From the IMG/VR virus record IMGVR_UViG_3300012682_000013, positions 1 to 29,367 of that record: a stretch of DNA of 29,367 nucleotides. One strand, 5' to 3'. Below are positions 15,409 through 24,505 of the stretch, one piece after another. Below the pieces are notes generated by a model. That model saw only the letters and a program-made list of their open reading frames with translations, ran no database searches and was not told the DNA's origin. Position 1 is the stretch's first letter, and each line of letters starts with the position of its first letter. Origin of the DNA: a virus. Lineage: Duplodnaviria > Caudoviricetes. Made by a program: the position numbers and the translations under genes.

Positions 15409-16109
15409 CCGTCCGCCGCCCCGCCCTCGCCCCCATGCTCGACCGGATCCTCGACCTCGCCCGCCACCTCTCAGCCCAAGGCACCATGAGCGCGGCCGAC
15501 CACGCCGACACCGAGCACCACGTGGCCCAGCTGCAGCGATGGCTCCAGCCAGCACTCGACCTCACCACCCGTGGTGACGGTCTGCGGTCACCGCCCCTCG
15601 AGCCGTCCCGAGGGTCAGGCGGCCACTCCGACAGCACCGGTGACCTCGCCACCGCCGATTGGGGCTTCACCGGCAAGCAGCGTCGTGGCGCCGCCGGCAA
15701 ACTCGACCAAGCCGCCGATCACATCCGCACCGCCCACCTCAACCTCACCAACGCCACACAAGGACTCGACCCCATCGGGAACATCGGCGACGCCGTCTTG
15801 GGGCTTGCAGACGCCCGCAGCCTCGTCGAATCGACCCTCCCGCTGCCCAGCGCCAAGCGGCGCCTCGACCCCAACCAAGGCACCCCCGCCTGCACCAGCT
15901 GCGCCCGCATCGAGAACTACTCCGCCGCCCGCACCGGAAGCACCTACTGCGACTGGTGCGCCCGATGGAAAACCGCCCACGGCAAGCCACCCCTCGTCGC
16001 CATCCTCCACATCCACGCCGCCGGCCGACGCCTCACCACCCGAGCCGTCCACGAAGCCGAGAAGGCCGAAGCTCGAGCCCGCACCAAGCGGCGCAAGGCC
16101 ACCCGATGA
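15405..16109 (+). CDS. Hypothetical protein with a C-terminal Zn finger (possible late regulator)
   Basis: CTSC...CDWC; last gene of the early operon. Confidence 0.7.
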   Translation: MTVRRPALAPMLDRILDLARHLSAQGTMSAADHADTEHHVAQLQRWLQPALDLTTRGDGLRSPPLEPSRGSGGHSDSTGDLATADWGFTGKQRRGAAGKLDQAADHIRTAHLNLTNATQGLDPIGNIGDAVLGLADARSLVESTLPLPSAKRRLDPNQGTPACTSCARIENYSAARTGSTYCDWCARWKTAHGKPPLVAILHIHAAGRRLTTRAVHEAEKAEARARTKRRKATR

Positions 16110-16117
16110 CCAGGTCC

Positions 16118-16146
16118 TTGCGCTGCACCAGCAGACCTGCCACTCT
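16118..16146 (+). promoter_or_regulatory. Putative late promoter TTGCGC-N17-CACTCT
   Basis: Sigma70-like spacing upstream of the packaging module, followed by a hairpin at 16155-16181. Confidence 0.45.
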
Positions 16147-16227
16147 GTGTCCTCGGGTGGTGTGGACAAGTGTCCCCACCCACACGCAGCGGGCAAGTGG
16201 ACCGGCGTCCAGCGGAGGTCTGTCGGG

Positions 16228-16536
16228 ATGAGGCAGACGACCCGGCAACCGTGGGCGCACACAGGCACCACCACCGAACGGGGCTACGGCGCCGCACACC
16301 AGAAGCTGCGAGCCGAACAAGCCAAGCTCCTCGCCCACCAAGGCTGGCTCCCCTGCGCACGCTGCCCACGACCCATCCTCCCCGGCCAGCAATGGCACCT
16401 CGATCACACCGACGACCGCACCAGCTACCTCGGCCCCAGCCACAGGCGGTGCAACGAACTGGCGGCCGCCCGACGCGGCGGACTCACCGTCCACGGCCTT
16501 GGCCAACCCCGACGGCGGGCCAGCCGTGACTGGTAG
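16228..16536 (+). CDS. Terminase-associated HNH endonuclease
   Basis: RGYGAAHQKLR...CARC..PI...WHLDH..DR..YLGPSHRRCN. GGAGG RBS. Confidence 0.85.
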   Translation: MRQTTRQPWAHTGTTTERGYGAAHQKLRAEQAKLLAHQGWLPCARCPRPILPGQQWHLDHTDDRTSYLGPSHRRCNELAAARRGGLTVHGLGQPRRRASRDW

Positions 16537-16625
16537 GGGGGTCGAATCTCTGGCCGAACGGCGACGCTGACCAGCCGGTCGTTCGCATTTCTGTCCCCGC
16601 CAGCGGGTTGTCCGGCCAAAAGCCC
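16537..16625. other. Probable cos/packaging-site region
   Basis: Non-coding gap between HNH and terS that starts with a G-run and contains TTTCTGTCCCC. Strand composition switches here. Confidence 0.5.
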
Positions 16626-16635
16626 GGGAGGTCGC

Positions 16636-17049
16636 GTGGAGGAGCGAAAGTGCGAGTCGTGCGGTGGCCCGTACGTGCCGAAGCGAACGTCGCAGCGTTT
16701 CTGTCGGCCGACGTGCCAGAAGCGTGGGTCGAGGGGCGCTGTCCTGACGCTCGTCCCCGGGGCGCAGTCGGCATCGCCGGTCGGCAAGGGCGGGCCGGCC
16801 TCGTTGGCCGACGCGGTCCGGGCTGAGCTTGTGGCGGCCGGCCGGCTGGAGTCGGCGCTGGGCCAGGCGGCGATCGGGTTGGCTGAGCGGCTGGCCGACC
16901 AGCGGGACACGGGGGCGGCGGTGGCGTCGCTGACTAGGGAGCTGCGGGCGACGTTGGCATCGGCGACGGAGGGCGCCCGGGTGGTGGAGTCGCCGCTCGA
17001 GCGGATGCGGGCACAGTTGGTCGAGGCTCGCCGCCGCCGCAGTGGGTGA
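16636..17049 (+). CDS. terS: Terminase small subunit (N-terminal Zn finger)
   Basis: Position before terL; AAIGLAERL...AVASLTRELRATL...SPLERMR; CESC...FCRPTC. Confidence 0.75.
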   Translation: MEERKCESCGGPYVPKRTSQRFCRPTCQKRGSRGAVLTLVPGAQSASPVGKGGPASLADAVRAELVAAGRLESALGQAAIGLAERLADQRDTGAAVASLTRELRATLASATEGARVVESPLERMRAQLVEARRRRSG

Positions 17050-18496
17050 GCTGCTCGTCCCGCCAGCGCACCTGTGGGTGCCGCCTCATGCGGTGACCCG
17101 GGGGGCGTTGGCGGAGGAGGTCGGCGGTTGGGCCGGCTTCGACCCTGACCCCGCCGGCCGGCTGGTGCTGGATGCGCTGTTCGCCGAGGACGGGGACGGA
17201 CTGCCGGCGTGCTTCGCGGTCGGGGTGGTGGCGCCTCGGCAGACGATCAAGACGGCGACGTTGCAGGAGGCGGCGCTGACGTGGCTGTTCGTCATGGGTG
17301 TGGAGCTGGTCATCTGGACGGCGCACCTGTACGACACGGCGAAGAAGGCGCACGTGTCGATGGTGGGCCGGATTGAGAAAAATCCCGATCTGCGGGCCCA
17401 GTGCAAGTGGCCGCCGCCGATGGCGAATGGGTCGGAGGCCATCGAGCTGCTCTCGGGCGAGCGGATCGAGTTTCACGCCCGATCGAAGGGTGGTGGCCGT
17501 GGACTCACAGGCGGTCGGGTGATTCTCGATGAGGCTTTCGCCTTGAAGCCCCAGGAGATGGGGGCGCTTCTACCGGTGATGATGACGATCCCGGACGCCC
17601 AGGTCGTCTACGGCTCGTCGGCCGGGATGTTGGAGTCAGCGGTGCTGCGGGGCGTCCGGGACCGGGGCCGTGCCGGCGGCGACCTGTCGTTGGCCTGGCT
17701 GGAGTGGTGCGCCCGGCGCAAGCCCTGCGCCTCGGAGGACTGCACGCACGTGGTCGGGTCGGATGGGTGTGCGCTCGATGACCGGGCGTTGTGGCGGGAG
17801 GCGAACCCGGCGTTGGCGGCGGGCCGGACGACGGAGCAGCGGATCGTCGAGGTGCGCCTGGAGATGCCGGCCGGCGAGTTCGCCCGGGAGATCCTCGGCT
17901 GGTGGGATGATCCGCCGCCGAGTAAGGGCGGGGCCTTGTCGATGGACGACTGGGACCGGTGCCGGAGCGTCGGGTCGACGGCGCTTGACCCGGTGGTGTT
18001 GGCGTTCGAGGTGTCGCATGATCGGCGGTGGTCCACGATCGGCGCCGCCGGGGTGTCCCCCCTGGGTGGCACGCACGTGGAGGTGGTGGACAACCGGCGG
18101 GGGACCGGGTGGGTGGTGCCCCGGCTGGTGGAGCTGCGGGACGCTCAGCGGCCGGCGGCGATCGTGTGCAACCCGTCAGGGCCTGCCGGTGGCCTGCTGG
18201 CTGACTGCCACAGGGCTGGGCTGGACATCACCGAGGCGTCGGCCGGCGACTACGCGAAGGCGTGCCAGGCGGCGTACGACGCTATCGGCGACGGCATGTG
18301 GCGCCACGACACCCAGCCGGAGCTGGATCGGGCTGTCGCCGGTGTGGCGTGGCGGCGGTCGGGTGACGCCCGCGTCTTCGACCGGCGGGGCGAGACGGAC
18401 ATCACCCCGCTGGTGGCGGTGACGTTGGCGGCGTGGGCGGCGGGTCAGGAGCGCAAGAGCGTGTACGAGGAGCGGGACATGCTGGTGCTCGGATGA
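17042..18496 (+). CDS. terL: Terminase large subunit
   Basis: APRQTIKT, WTAH, ARSKGGGRG, VILDEA, SSAG, WREANPAL, FAREILGWWD, DITPLVAVTLA. Confidence 0.92.
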   Translation: MGELLVPPAHLWVPPHAVTRGALAEEVGGWAGFDPDPAGRLVLDALFAEDGDGLPACFAVGVVAPRQTIKTATLQEAALTWLFVMGVELVIWTAHLYDTAKKAHVSMVGRIEKNPDLRAQCKWPPPMANGSEAIELLSGERIEFHARSKGGGRGLTGGRVILDEAFALKPQEMGALLPVMMTIPDAQVVYGSSAGMLESAVLRGVRDRGRAGGDLSLAWLEWCARRKPCASEDCTHVVGSDGCALDDRALWREANPALAAGRTTEQRIVEVRLEMPAGEFAREILGWWDDPPPSKGGALSMDDWDRCRSVGSTALDPVVLAFEVSHDRRWSTIGAAGVSPLGGTHVEVVDNRRGTGWVVPRLVELRDAQRPAAIVCNPSGPAGGLLADCHRAGLDITEASAGDYAKACQAAYDAIGDGMWRHDTQPELDRAVAGVAWRRSGDARVFDRRGETDITPLVAVTLAAWAAGQERKSVYEERDMLVLG

Positions 18497-18804
18497 TCGA
18501 TGTTTGGGTCGCCCTGGTGGTGTTGGTGCTCGTCGCCGCGCCGGGCGCGGTGGCCACGGTGCTGTGGACGGCCGGCCGCCGCTCCTCGACCGATGGTCTC
18601 CTCCGGGACCGGCTTCGCGACCGGTTCGTGGTGACGTTGACGTCGGGCGAGTCGTTCTTGGGCCTGCTTGCCGAGGCCGACACCAGGACGGTGGTGCTCT
18701 CGGATGCCTCGGTGATGAAGCCGGACGGGGCGACGGCGCCGGTCGACGGGGAGCTGGTTCTCCGCCGGGAGGCCATCGCGTTCATGCAACGACCCGCCGG
18801 CTGA
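18493..18804 (+). CDS. TM-anchored Sm/LSm-like fold protein
   Basis: N-terminal TM; FVVTLTSGESFLGLLAEAD..TVVLSDA...GELVLRREAIAFMQ. Confidence 0.7.
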   Translation: MIDVWVALVVLVLVAAPGAVATVLWTAGRRSSTDGLLRDRLRDRFVVTLTSGESFLGLLAEADTRTVVLSDASVMKPDGATAPVDGELVLRREAIAFMQRPAG

Positions 18805-18829
18805 TCCCGGCAACGGGAGGTTCCGCCTG

Positions 18830-20335
18830 ATGCTGTTGAGCTCCGGGCGGCCCATCGCCACCAGCATCGACCTGGCTGATGCCACCCCGATGCGGAACAC
18901 GGCCTACTACGCCTCGACGGGGCTGGCGCTCACCAGCCATTTCGCCGCCTACGCCGCCCTGTACCGGGCTCAGCCGTGGGTCTTCACGCTGGTCACGAAG
19001 CTGGCGACGTCAGCGGCCCGTCTGCCGCTGAAGGTTTTCGAACGGGTGTCCACCACCGATCGGGTGCCGGCCCGGGACACCGCCTACGGGGAGCTGATCC
19101 GCAACCCGTGCCCGAAGATGGGCCCGAAGCTGCTGTGGCTGTGGGTGTTCTCGACGAGGGAGCTCTACGGCGAGGCGATCCTGCTGAAGCTCCGGGACGA
19201 CAAAGGCCGGGTCCGCGAGCTGCACCCGGTCCATCCGAGCAACATGCTGGTCCGGCGACGTGAGGACGGGGAGGTCGAGTACGGCCACCTCGCCTACGGC
19301 GGCGGGACCGACGCCACGCTGATGAGGTGGCCGGCCAGCGAGGTCATCCACTTCCGGGGCTACAACCCGGAGAACACCGTCAGGGGCGTCTCGCCGTGCG
19401 AGCCGCTCCGCCAGACGCTGCTGAGCGAGGACGCCATGCGGCGGGCTACGACGTCGCTGTGGCGGAACGGGGCTCGCCCGTCCGTGGTGCTCAGCTCACC
19501 GAACACCCTGTCAGCGGGGGCGATCGAGCGGATCAAGGCGCAGTGGGACGCCGCGCACTCCGGTGTCGACTCGTGGGGGAAGACGGCGGTGCTCGAGGAG
19601 GGGCTGACCCCCCACCTCGAGCAGCTGTCTTCGGAGGAGCTGCAGTACATCGAGGGCCGCCGGCTGAACCGTGAGGAGTGCTGCGCGGTGTGGGACGTCC
19701 CGCCGCCGGCGGTGCAGATCCTTGACCGGGCGACGTTCAGCAACATCACCGAGCAGATGCGGTCGTTGTACCGGGAGACGACGGCGCCACGCCTGGAGGC
19801 GGCCGAGGATGTACTGGCCACCCAGCTGGCCCCCGACTTCGCCGGGGACGGCGACCTGTACGCCGAGTGGGTGATGGACGACGTGCTTCGCGGCTCATTC
19901 GAGGCGCGGATCGCGGCGAAGGCGCAGGCGATCGGGACGGGGCAGATGACGCCGGCCGAGTCGAGGGCGCAGGAGAACCTGCCGTTTGTGGAGGGCTCCG
20001 ACCGGCTCCTGGTCAACGCTGCGCTCATCCCGCTCGGTGCCGTGGAAGCGGTGACCGCTGGCACCGACACTGGCGTTGCGGAGCCGCCGCAGAAGATCAA
20101 GGGGCTGTCGGCCGGCGACGCCCGGAAGGTCGCTGGCCGGCTCTCGCGGACGGCCACCGTCGCCGACGTCGACGCAACGAAGGTCACCGCCGGCCTCCCC
20201 GACGACGCGCAGGCCGAGGTCAACGGCCTGATCGCCGCCGCCACCGCCCGGTCGGCGACCGTCGCCGAGCTGCGGTCATGGGTGGCCGCAGCCGTGGCCG
20301 ACCCTTTCGAGATCAACGAGGACGGAGCAGCATGA
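18830..20335 (+). CDS. HK97-family portal protein
   Basis: LHPVHPS, EVIHFR..NP...RGVSP, WRNGARPS, AVLEEGL, CAVWDVPP, ATFSNITEQ, MTPAESRAQENLP. Confidence 0.95.
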   Translation: MLLSSGRPIATSIDLADATPMRNTAYYASTGLALTSHFAAYAALYRAQPWVFTLVTKLATSAARLPLKVFERVSTTDRVPARDTAYGELIRNPCPKMGPKLLWLWVFSTRELYGEAILLKLRDDKGRVRELHPVHPSNMLVRRREDGEVEYGHLAYGGGTDATLMRWPASEVIHFRGYNPENTVRGVSPCEPLRQTLLSEDAMRRATTSLWRNGARPSVVLSSPNTLSAGAIERIKAQWDAAHSGVDSWGKTAVLEEGLTPHLEQLSSEELQYIEGRRLNREECCAVWDVPPPAVQILDRATFSNITEQMRSLYRETTAPRLEAAEDVLATQLAPDFAGDGDLYAEWVMDDVLRGSFEARIAAKAQAIGTGQMTPAESRAQENLPFVEGSDRLLVNAALIPLGAVEAVTAGTDTGVAEPPQKIKGLSAGDARKVAGRLSRTATVADVDATKVTAGLPDDAQAEVNGLIAAATARSATVAELRSWVAAAVADPFEINEDGAA

Positions 20336-21360
20336 ACCCCAAGACCGAGAAGGCCGTGGTCACCAAGGCGATCGCTGAGATCGTCCCTGGGACCGATGAC
20401 GCCACCACCCCGAACGGCACGTTCGAGGTGATCCTGTCGGCGGAGACGAAGGACAGGGATGATGAGACCCTGCGCCGGGAGGACTGGAAGCAGCCGCTCC
20501 CCGACCACATCACCTTCGACACCGACCACGGCATGAGCGTCGCGTCGACGGTCGGGTCGGGCGCCCCCCGGATCGAGGCTGACGGGACGCTCCGGGTGTC
20601 TGGCGAGTACAGCTCGATCGCCCGGGGCCAGGAGATCCGCACCCTGGTGAACGAGGGCCACATCCGCACGACGTCGGTGGCGTTCCTCACGACCAGTGGC
20701 TCGAAGGCTGCGGGCCGGAAGACCCGCGAGCTGCTGAACGGCGCGTTCGTCGCCGTGCCCTCGAACCGGGACACCGTGGTGCTGTCGTCGAAGGCCTGGG
20801 CAGCGCTGGAGGACGAGACGGCCGTGGCCGCCAAGGCTGGCGCCCGGAACAGTGCGACTGACGCCAGCCGCCTCCAGTCGATCCATGACCTGGCCACCGA
20901 GGCCGGGGCGACGTGCTCGGGAGCCAAGGCCTCCCCCCTGCCGGAGACCAAGTCGTTCCCCGGCTCGTACGAGGACCGCCAGCAGGATCTGCGTCAGGCG
21001 CTCGTCGAGGCGAACACCGAAGCCCTCGCAGCGGCCTACCCGCACGCCGAACCCGGTGACTACTCCTGGCGGGTCTCGATCTTGGCCACGTTCCCTGATC
21101 GGGTCGTTTACCGCCTCGGCTACGACGACACCGACGACGCCTTCGAGGTCGCCTACTCGTGGGACGGCGATGCCGTCACCATCACAGGGACGGCGGCGGC
21201 CGTGACGGTCGAGGAGATCGTCAAGCCGGCCCCCGCCGAAGCCAAGTCGCAGACCGCCGCCGACCCCGCCGCGCCCTCGGGCCCCGCCGGCTCGACCGTC
21301 GCTAGTGACGAAGTGGCCGTCAAGGCCGCCACCATCCGGGCCTACGCGGCCCTCATCTGA
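20332..21360 (+). CDS. Prohead maturation protease with C-terminal extension
   Basis: DRDDE, DTDH, TTSVAF, ELLNGAFVAVPSN; lies between portal and capsid. Confidence 0.85.
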   Translation: MNPKTEKAVVTKAIAEIVPGTDDATTPNGTFEVILSAETKDRDDETLRREDWKQPLPDHITFDTDHGMSVASTVGSGAPRIEADGTLRVSGEYSSIARGQEIRTLVNEGHIRTTSVAFLTTSGSKAAGRKTRELLNGAFVAVPSNRDTVVLSSKAWAALEDETAVAAKAGARNSATDASRLQSIHDLATEAGATCSGAKASPLPETKSFPGSYEDRQQDLRQALVEANTEALAAAYPHAEPGDYSWRVSILATFPDRVVYRLGYDDTDDAFEVAYSWDGDAVTITGTAAAVTVEEIVKPAPAEAKSQTAADPAAPSGPAGSTVASDEVAVKAATIRAYAALI

Positions 21361-21397
21361 ACCCAACCCCTCTCACCGCTCCAAAGGAGCCCCCCTG

Positions 21398-22684
21398 ATG
21401 CCCACGCTCATCGAAGCGAAGACCAAGGTCAAGCAGCTGGCGAAGACCGCCCTCGACGCGGTCGAGAACGACGCCCTGACGATGGCTGAGAAGAAGACGA
21501 TCCTCGACAAGGTCGAGCCGGAGATCAAGCAGTGGACCGACGAGGTCCAGACGCTCGAGCGGTTCGAGGACACCCGCAAGCAGCTGATGGCGACCCTCGG
21601 CTCGGAAGCCGACGGTCCGCCGGCCAACGATGGCCCGGCCGCCGGCTCGACGCTCGGGGCGAAGTCCTACGGCCAGCAGTTCATCGACTCGGCCGCCTAC
21701 AAGGGCCTCGTCGCCGACGGTGGCGTGTCCGGCAAGACGGGCCGGTGGACGTCGGGTGGCGTCGAGCTGAAGACGGCCCTCACCGAGGGCACGCTCGCCA
21801 GCCCAGGCCCGGCCTACGCGGCCGTGCAGACCCCGACCGTGCTGCCCGGGATGACGAACATCCTGTTCCAGCAGCCGACGGTCGTGAGCCTGTTCCCCTC
21901 GGGCAGCACCGACAGCCCGCTCCTCCGCTACCTGGTGGAGACGGCGATCACCAACGCCGCGGCCACCGTCGCCGAGCTGGGCCTGAAGCCGGAGTCGGCG
22001 ATCACGTTCAGCAAGGTCGACGAGGTGCTGAAGAAGATCGCCACGTTCCTCCCGGTGTCCGACGAGATGCTGGAGGACTGGCAGCAGATCAAGTCCTACC
22101 TCGACGCCCGCCTCACGCTGTTCGTCGAGCTCCAGGAGGAGGTCCAGCTTCTCCGAGGTGACGGGACCGGCACCAACCTGGTCGGCCTCCTCAACCGGGT
22201 CGGTCTCGCCCCGCCCGTCGCGACCCGCAATGCCACCCCCCCGGCCGGGAGCGCCACCGGCATCTACCTGTCGCCGACGACGGACAACGACATGGACGCG
22301 ATCTACCGGCAGATCACCCAGGTGCGGGTCACCTCGTTCCTGGAGCCGGAGACGATCGTCATCGACCCGGGCGCGTGGATGACCGTGCAGCTGGCGAAGA
22401 ACAGCCAGGGCGTCTACTACGCCGGCGGGCCGTTCATGCAGACCGCCACCCCCATGCTGTGGGCGAAGCCGGTCGTCGTGACCACGTCGATGCCGGCGAA
22501 CACCGCCCTGGTCGGCGCCTTCCAGAAGGCCTCGCAGGTGTTCCGCAAGGGAGGGATCACCGTCGAGGCGTCGAACAGCCACGCCGACTTCTTCCAGCGT
22601 GACGAGACCGCCATCCGGGCCCACGAGCGGCTCCTGCTCGCCGTCTACCGCCCCGGCGCCTTCGGTGCTGTGACGGGCCTCTGA
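21398..22684 (+). CDS. Major capsid protein (HK97 fold, N-terminal delta domain)
   Basis: AATVAE...KPES, KIATFLPVSDEMLED, QLLRGDGTG.NL.GLL, FQRDETAIRAHER..LAVYRPGAF. AAGGAG RBS. Confidence 0.95.
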   Translation: MPTLIEAKTKVKQLAKTALDAVENDALTMAEKKTILDKVEPEIKQWTDEVQTLERFEDTRKQLMATLGSEADGPPANDGPAAGSTLGAKSYGQQFIDSAAYKGLVADGGVSGKTGRWTSGGVELKTALTEGTLASPGPAYAAVQTPTVLPGMTNILFQQPTVVSLFPSGSTDSPLLRYLVETAITNAAATVAELGLKPESAITFSKVDEVLKKIATFLPVSDEMLEDWQQIKSYLDARLTLFVELQEEVQLLRGDGTGTNLVGLLNRVGLAPPVATRNATPPAGSATGIYLSPTTDNDMDAIYRQITQVRVTSFLEPETIVIDPGAWMTVQLAKNSQGVYYAGGPFMQTATPMLWAKPVVVTTSMPANTALVGAFQKASQVFRKGGITVEASNSHADFFQRDETAIRAHERLLLAVYRPGAFGAVTGL

Positions 22685-23112
22685 TGGCCGTCCGCAGGGG
22701 TGATGACGTCGACTTCAGCAAGTCGACGGGGGCGTTCCCCATGCCGCCTTCGCCCGCGGCGGTGGTCTTCCAGGACAGCGAGGTCGACTTCGCTGCCTCG
22801 ACGGGCGCCTACCCGATGCACGACGACACGACGACCGTCGTCGGCCGCACGGTCGAGCACGTCGTCGAGCACGTCGGGTCCGAAGCGGCCGAGGTGCGGT
22901 TCGTCACCCCGGGGCCAGTCAGCCTCGGCGACCCCGCCGAGGCGGCCATCCAGCGCAAGGAGCTGGGTCTGGACCCAGTGCCCCTCGACGACCAGGAGGA
23001 CCGCCAGGAGGACACCGAGCACGACGAGGACGGCCCACGGGTCAAGGTCATCGCCCCACCGGCCACGCCGACCGTCCACCAGTCCGCCCCGGGCCGGGCT
23101 CGGCGCAAGTAG
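22684..23112 (+). CDS. Hypothetical virion-associated protein with an internal repeat
   Basis: TGATG-coupled to the capsid gene; VDFSKSTGAFPM / VDFAASTGAYPM. Confidence 0.7.
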   Translation: MAVRRGDDVDFSKSTGAFPMPPSPAAVVFQDSEVDFAASTGAYPMHDDTTTVVGRTVEHVVEHVGSEAAEVRFVTPGPVSLGDPAEAAIQRKELGLDPVPLDDQEDRQEDTEHDEDGPRVKVIAPPATPTVHQSAPGRARRK

Positions 23113-23127
23113 CCAGGAGGTGGGGCG

Positions 23128-23730
23128 GTGACCGTGACCGCGCTGGTGACCATCGCCGACGTTCAGCAGCACCTGAACCTGAACCCAGCCGACATGTCCC
23201 ACCTGACTGAGCTTGAAGGCTTCGTCGCCGCCGCCACCGACGTCATCTCCGGCATCGTCGGCGATGTCGTCCCGACGGCTCGGGTGGACACCCTCGACGG
23301 GGGTAGGAGTGTGGTGGTCCTCAGGCACGCCCCCGTCGTCTCGGTGCAGATGGTCACTCAGTACGGCGCCGGCCCGGCCGTTCTGGTAGGCCAGCCGCTC
23401 GGCGGTAGCTACACCGCCGCCGGGTACACCGTCGACCTGGCCGCCGGCATCCTGACGAAGCGGGCGGCGTCGGGTGCCCCGATCGCCTTCGACCACGGGG
23501 CGGTCACCGTCGCCTACACCGCCGGGCGTGACCCGGTGCCCGGCGCGATCCGTCTCGCCGCGCTCGAGCTGGTCCGCACGAACTACCAGTCGACGCAGCA
23601 GGCCGGCCGCCCGGTCCTCGCCGCGTCGGTGGCTGATGATCCCTTCACCGGCCAGCCGATGGGCGACTGGCTGCCACGCAAGGTCGAGCAGCTCCTCGGC
23701 CCCTACCGGCGGGGCCCGGTCGTCTGCTGA
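23128..23730 (+). CDS. Head-tail adaptor (gp6-like)
   Basis: LVTIADVQQHLN...VTVAYTAGR..VPGAIRLAALEL...LLGPYR. GGAGG RBS. Confidence 0.85.
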   Translation: MTVTALVTIADVQQHLNLNPADMSHLTELEGFVAAATDVISGIVGDVVPTARVDTLDGGRSVVVLRHAPVVSVQMVTQYGAGPAVLVGQPLGGSYTAAGYTVDLAAGILTKRAASGAPIAFDHGAVTVAYTAGRDPVPGAIRLAALELVRTNYQSTQQAGRPVLAASVADDPFTGQPMGDWLPRKVEQLLGPYRRGPVVC

Positions 23731-24200
23731 TGGCCGGCCTGACGTCCACGATCCCCGCCGCGCTCGACGCCCTCATGGCCGCCTGCAACGTCATCGCCGC
23801 CGACCCTGACGTCAGCCTGACCGTCTACGACGGCCAGATCGGCATGGACGCCGCCGACAACGCCATCGTCGTCGGCTCCGAGACCAAGGGGTGGCAGTCG
23901 GAGACGGCCGGCCTCGGGAACCTGCGCCGCCACGAGGAGTACACGATCGTCTGCGACCTCCTCGCCCACTCCGGCTCCGGCGGCGACTACGCGGCACCCG
24001 TCGTCCGGGCCCTCGCCTTCGGCCTGATCGAACGGTTCGTCGAGCAGCTGACCGCCAACCCGACGCTCGGCGGCGCGGTCCGGTTCGCCGAGATGGTCGG
24101 CGCCGACGGTGGCATCACCCGGCAGGGCGTGTCGTCGATCGGCGGCTGGTCCGTCGAGATCCAGTTCGGGGTCCGCTGCCAAGCGACCCTCACCATCTGA
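23730..24200 (+). CDS. Neck/tail-terminator-like protein
   Basis: Position and size; STIPAALDAL...VYDG...EEYTI...NPTLGGAV. Confidence 0.65.
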   Translation: MAGLTSTIPAALDALMAACNVIAADPDVSLTVYDGQIGMDAADNAIVVGSETKGWQSETAGLGNLRRHEEYTIVCDLLAHSGSGGDYAAPVVRALAFGLIERFVEQLTANPTLGGAVRFAEMVGADGGITRQGVSSIGGWSVEIQFGVRCQATLTI

Positions 24201-24214
24201 GGCCAGGAGGCCAC

Positions 24215-24505
24215 ATGTACCGCATCACGAACAAGTCAGAGGTCGACGGGGTGAACGTCACCGTCGGCGACGCACTCCTCAGCATCCCGCCCGCCGGCTT
24301 CGTCGACCTGGACGTCGTCAAGGCCGACGTCGCCCACCTACCCGCCGCCCTCCTCGAGGTGACCCGGATCACCAAGGCTGAGGCTGAAAAGGCCGCGACC
24401 GCACGGGCCGAGGCGCAGCCCGGGACCCAGGCGCAGGCCGAAGCGGCAACCGACGACAGCGACGACCAGGACGACGCCGGCGTGGCGACGGAGGAGGAGA
24501 GCTGA
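24215..24505 (+). CDS. Hypothetical virion protein
   Basis: AGGAGG RBS; MYRITNKSEVDGVNV...; coupled to the tail tube gene. Confidence 0.65.
   Translation: MYRITNKSEVDGVNVTVGDALLSIPPAGFVDLDVVKADVAHLPAALLEVTRITKAEAEKAATARAEAQPGTQAQAEAATDDSDDQDDAGVATEEES

Noticed and set aside
19360-21366. Long antisense ORFs (668 aa here; also 21353-22624, 26292-27806, 27950-29356)
   Set aside because: Expected shadows of high-GC3 genes, with no recognisable motifs.
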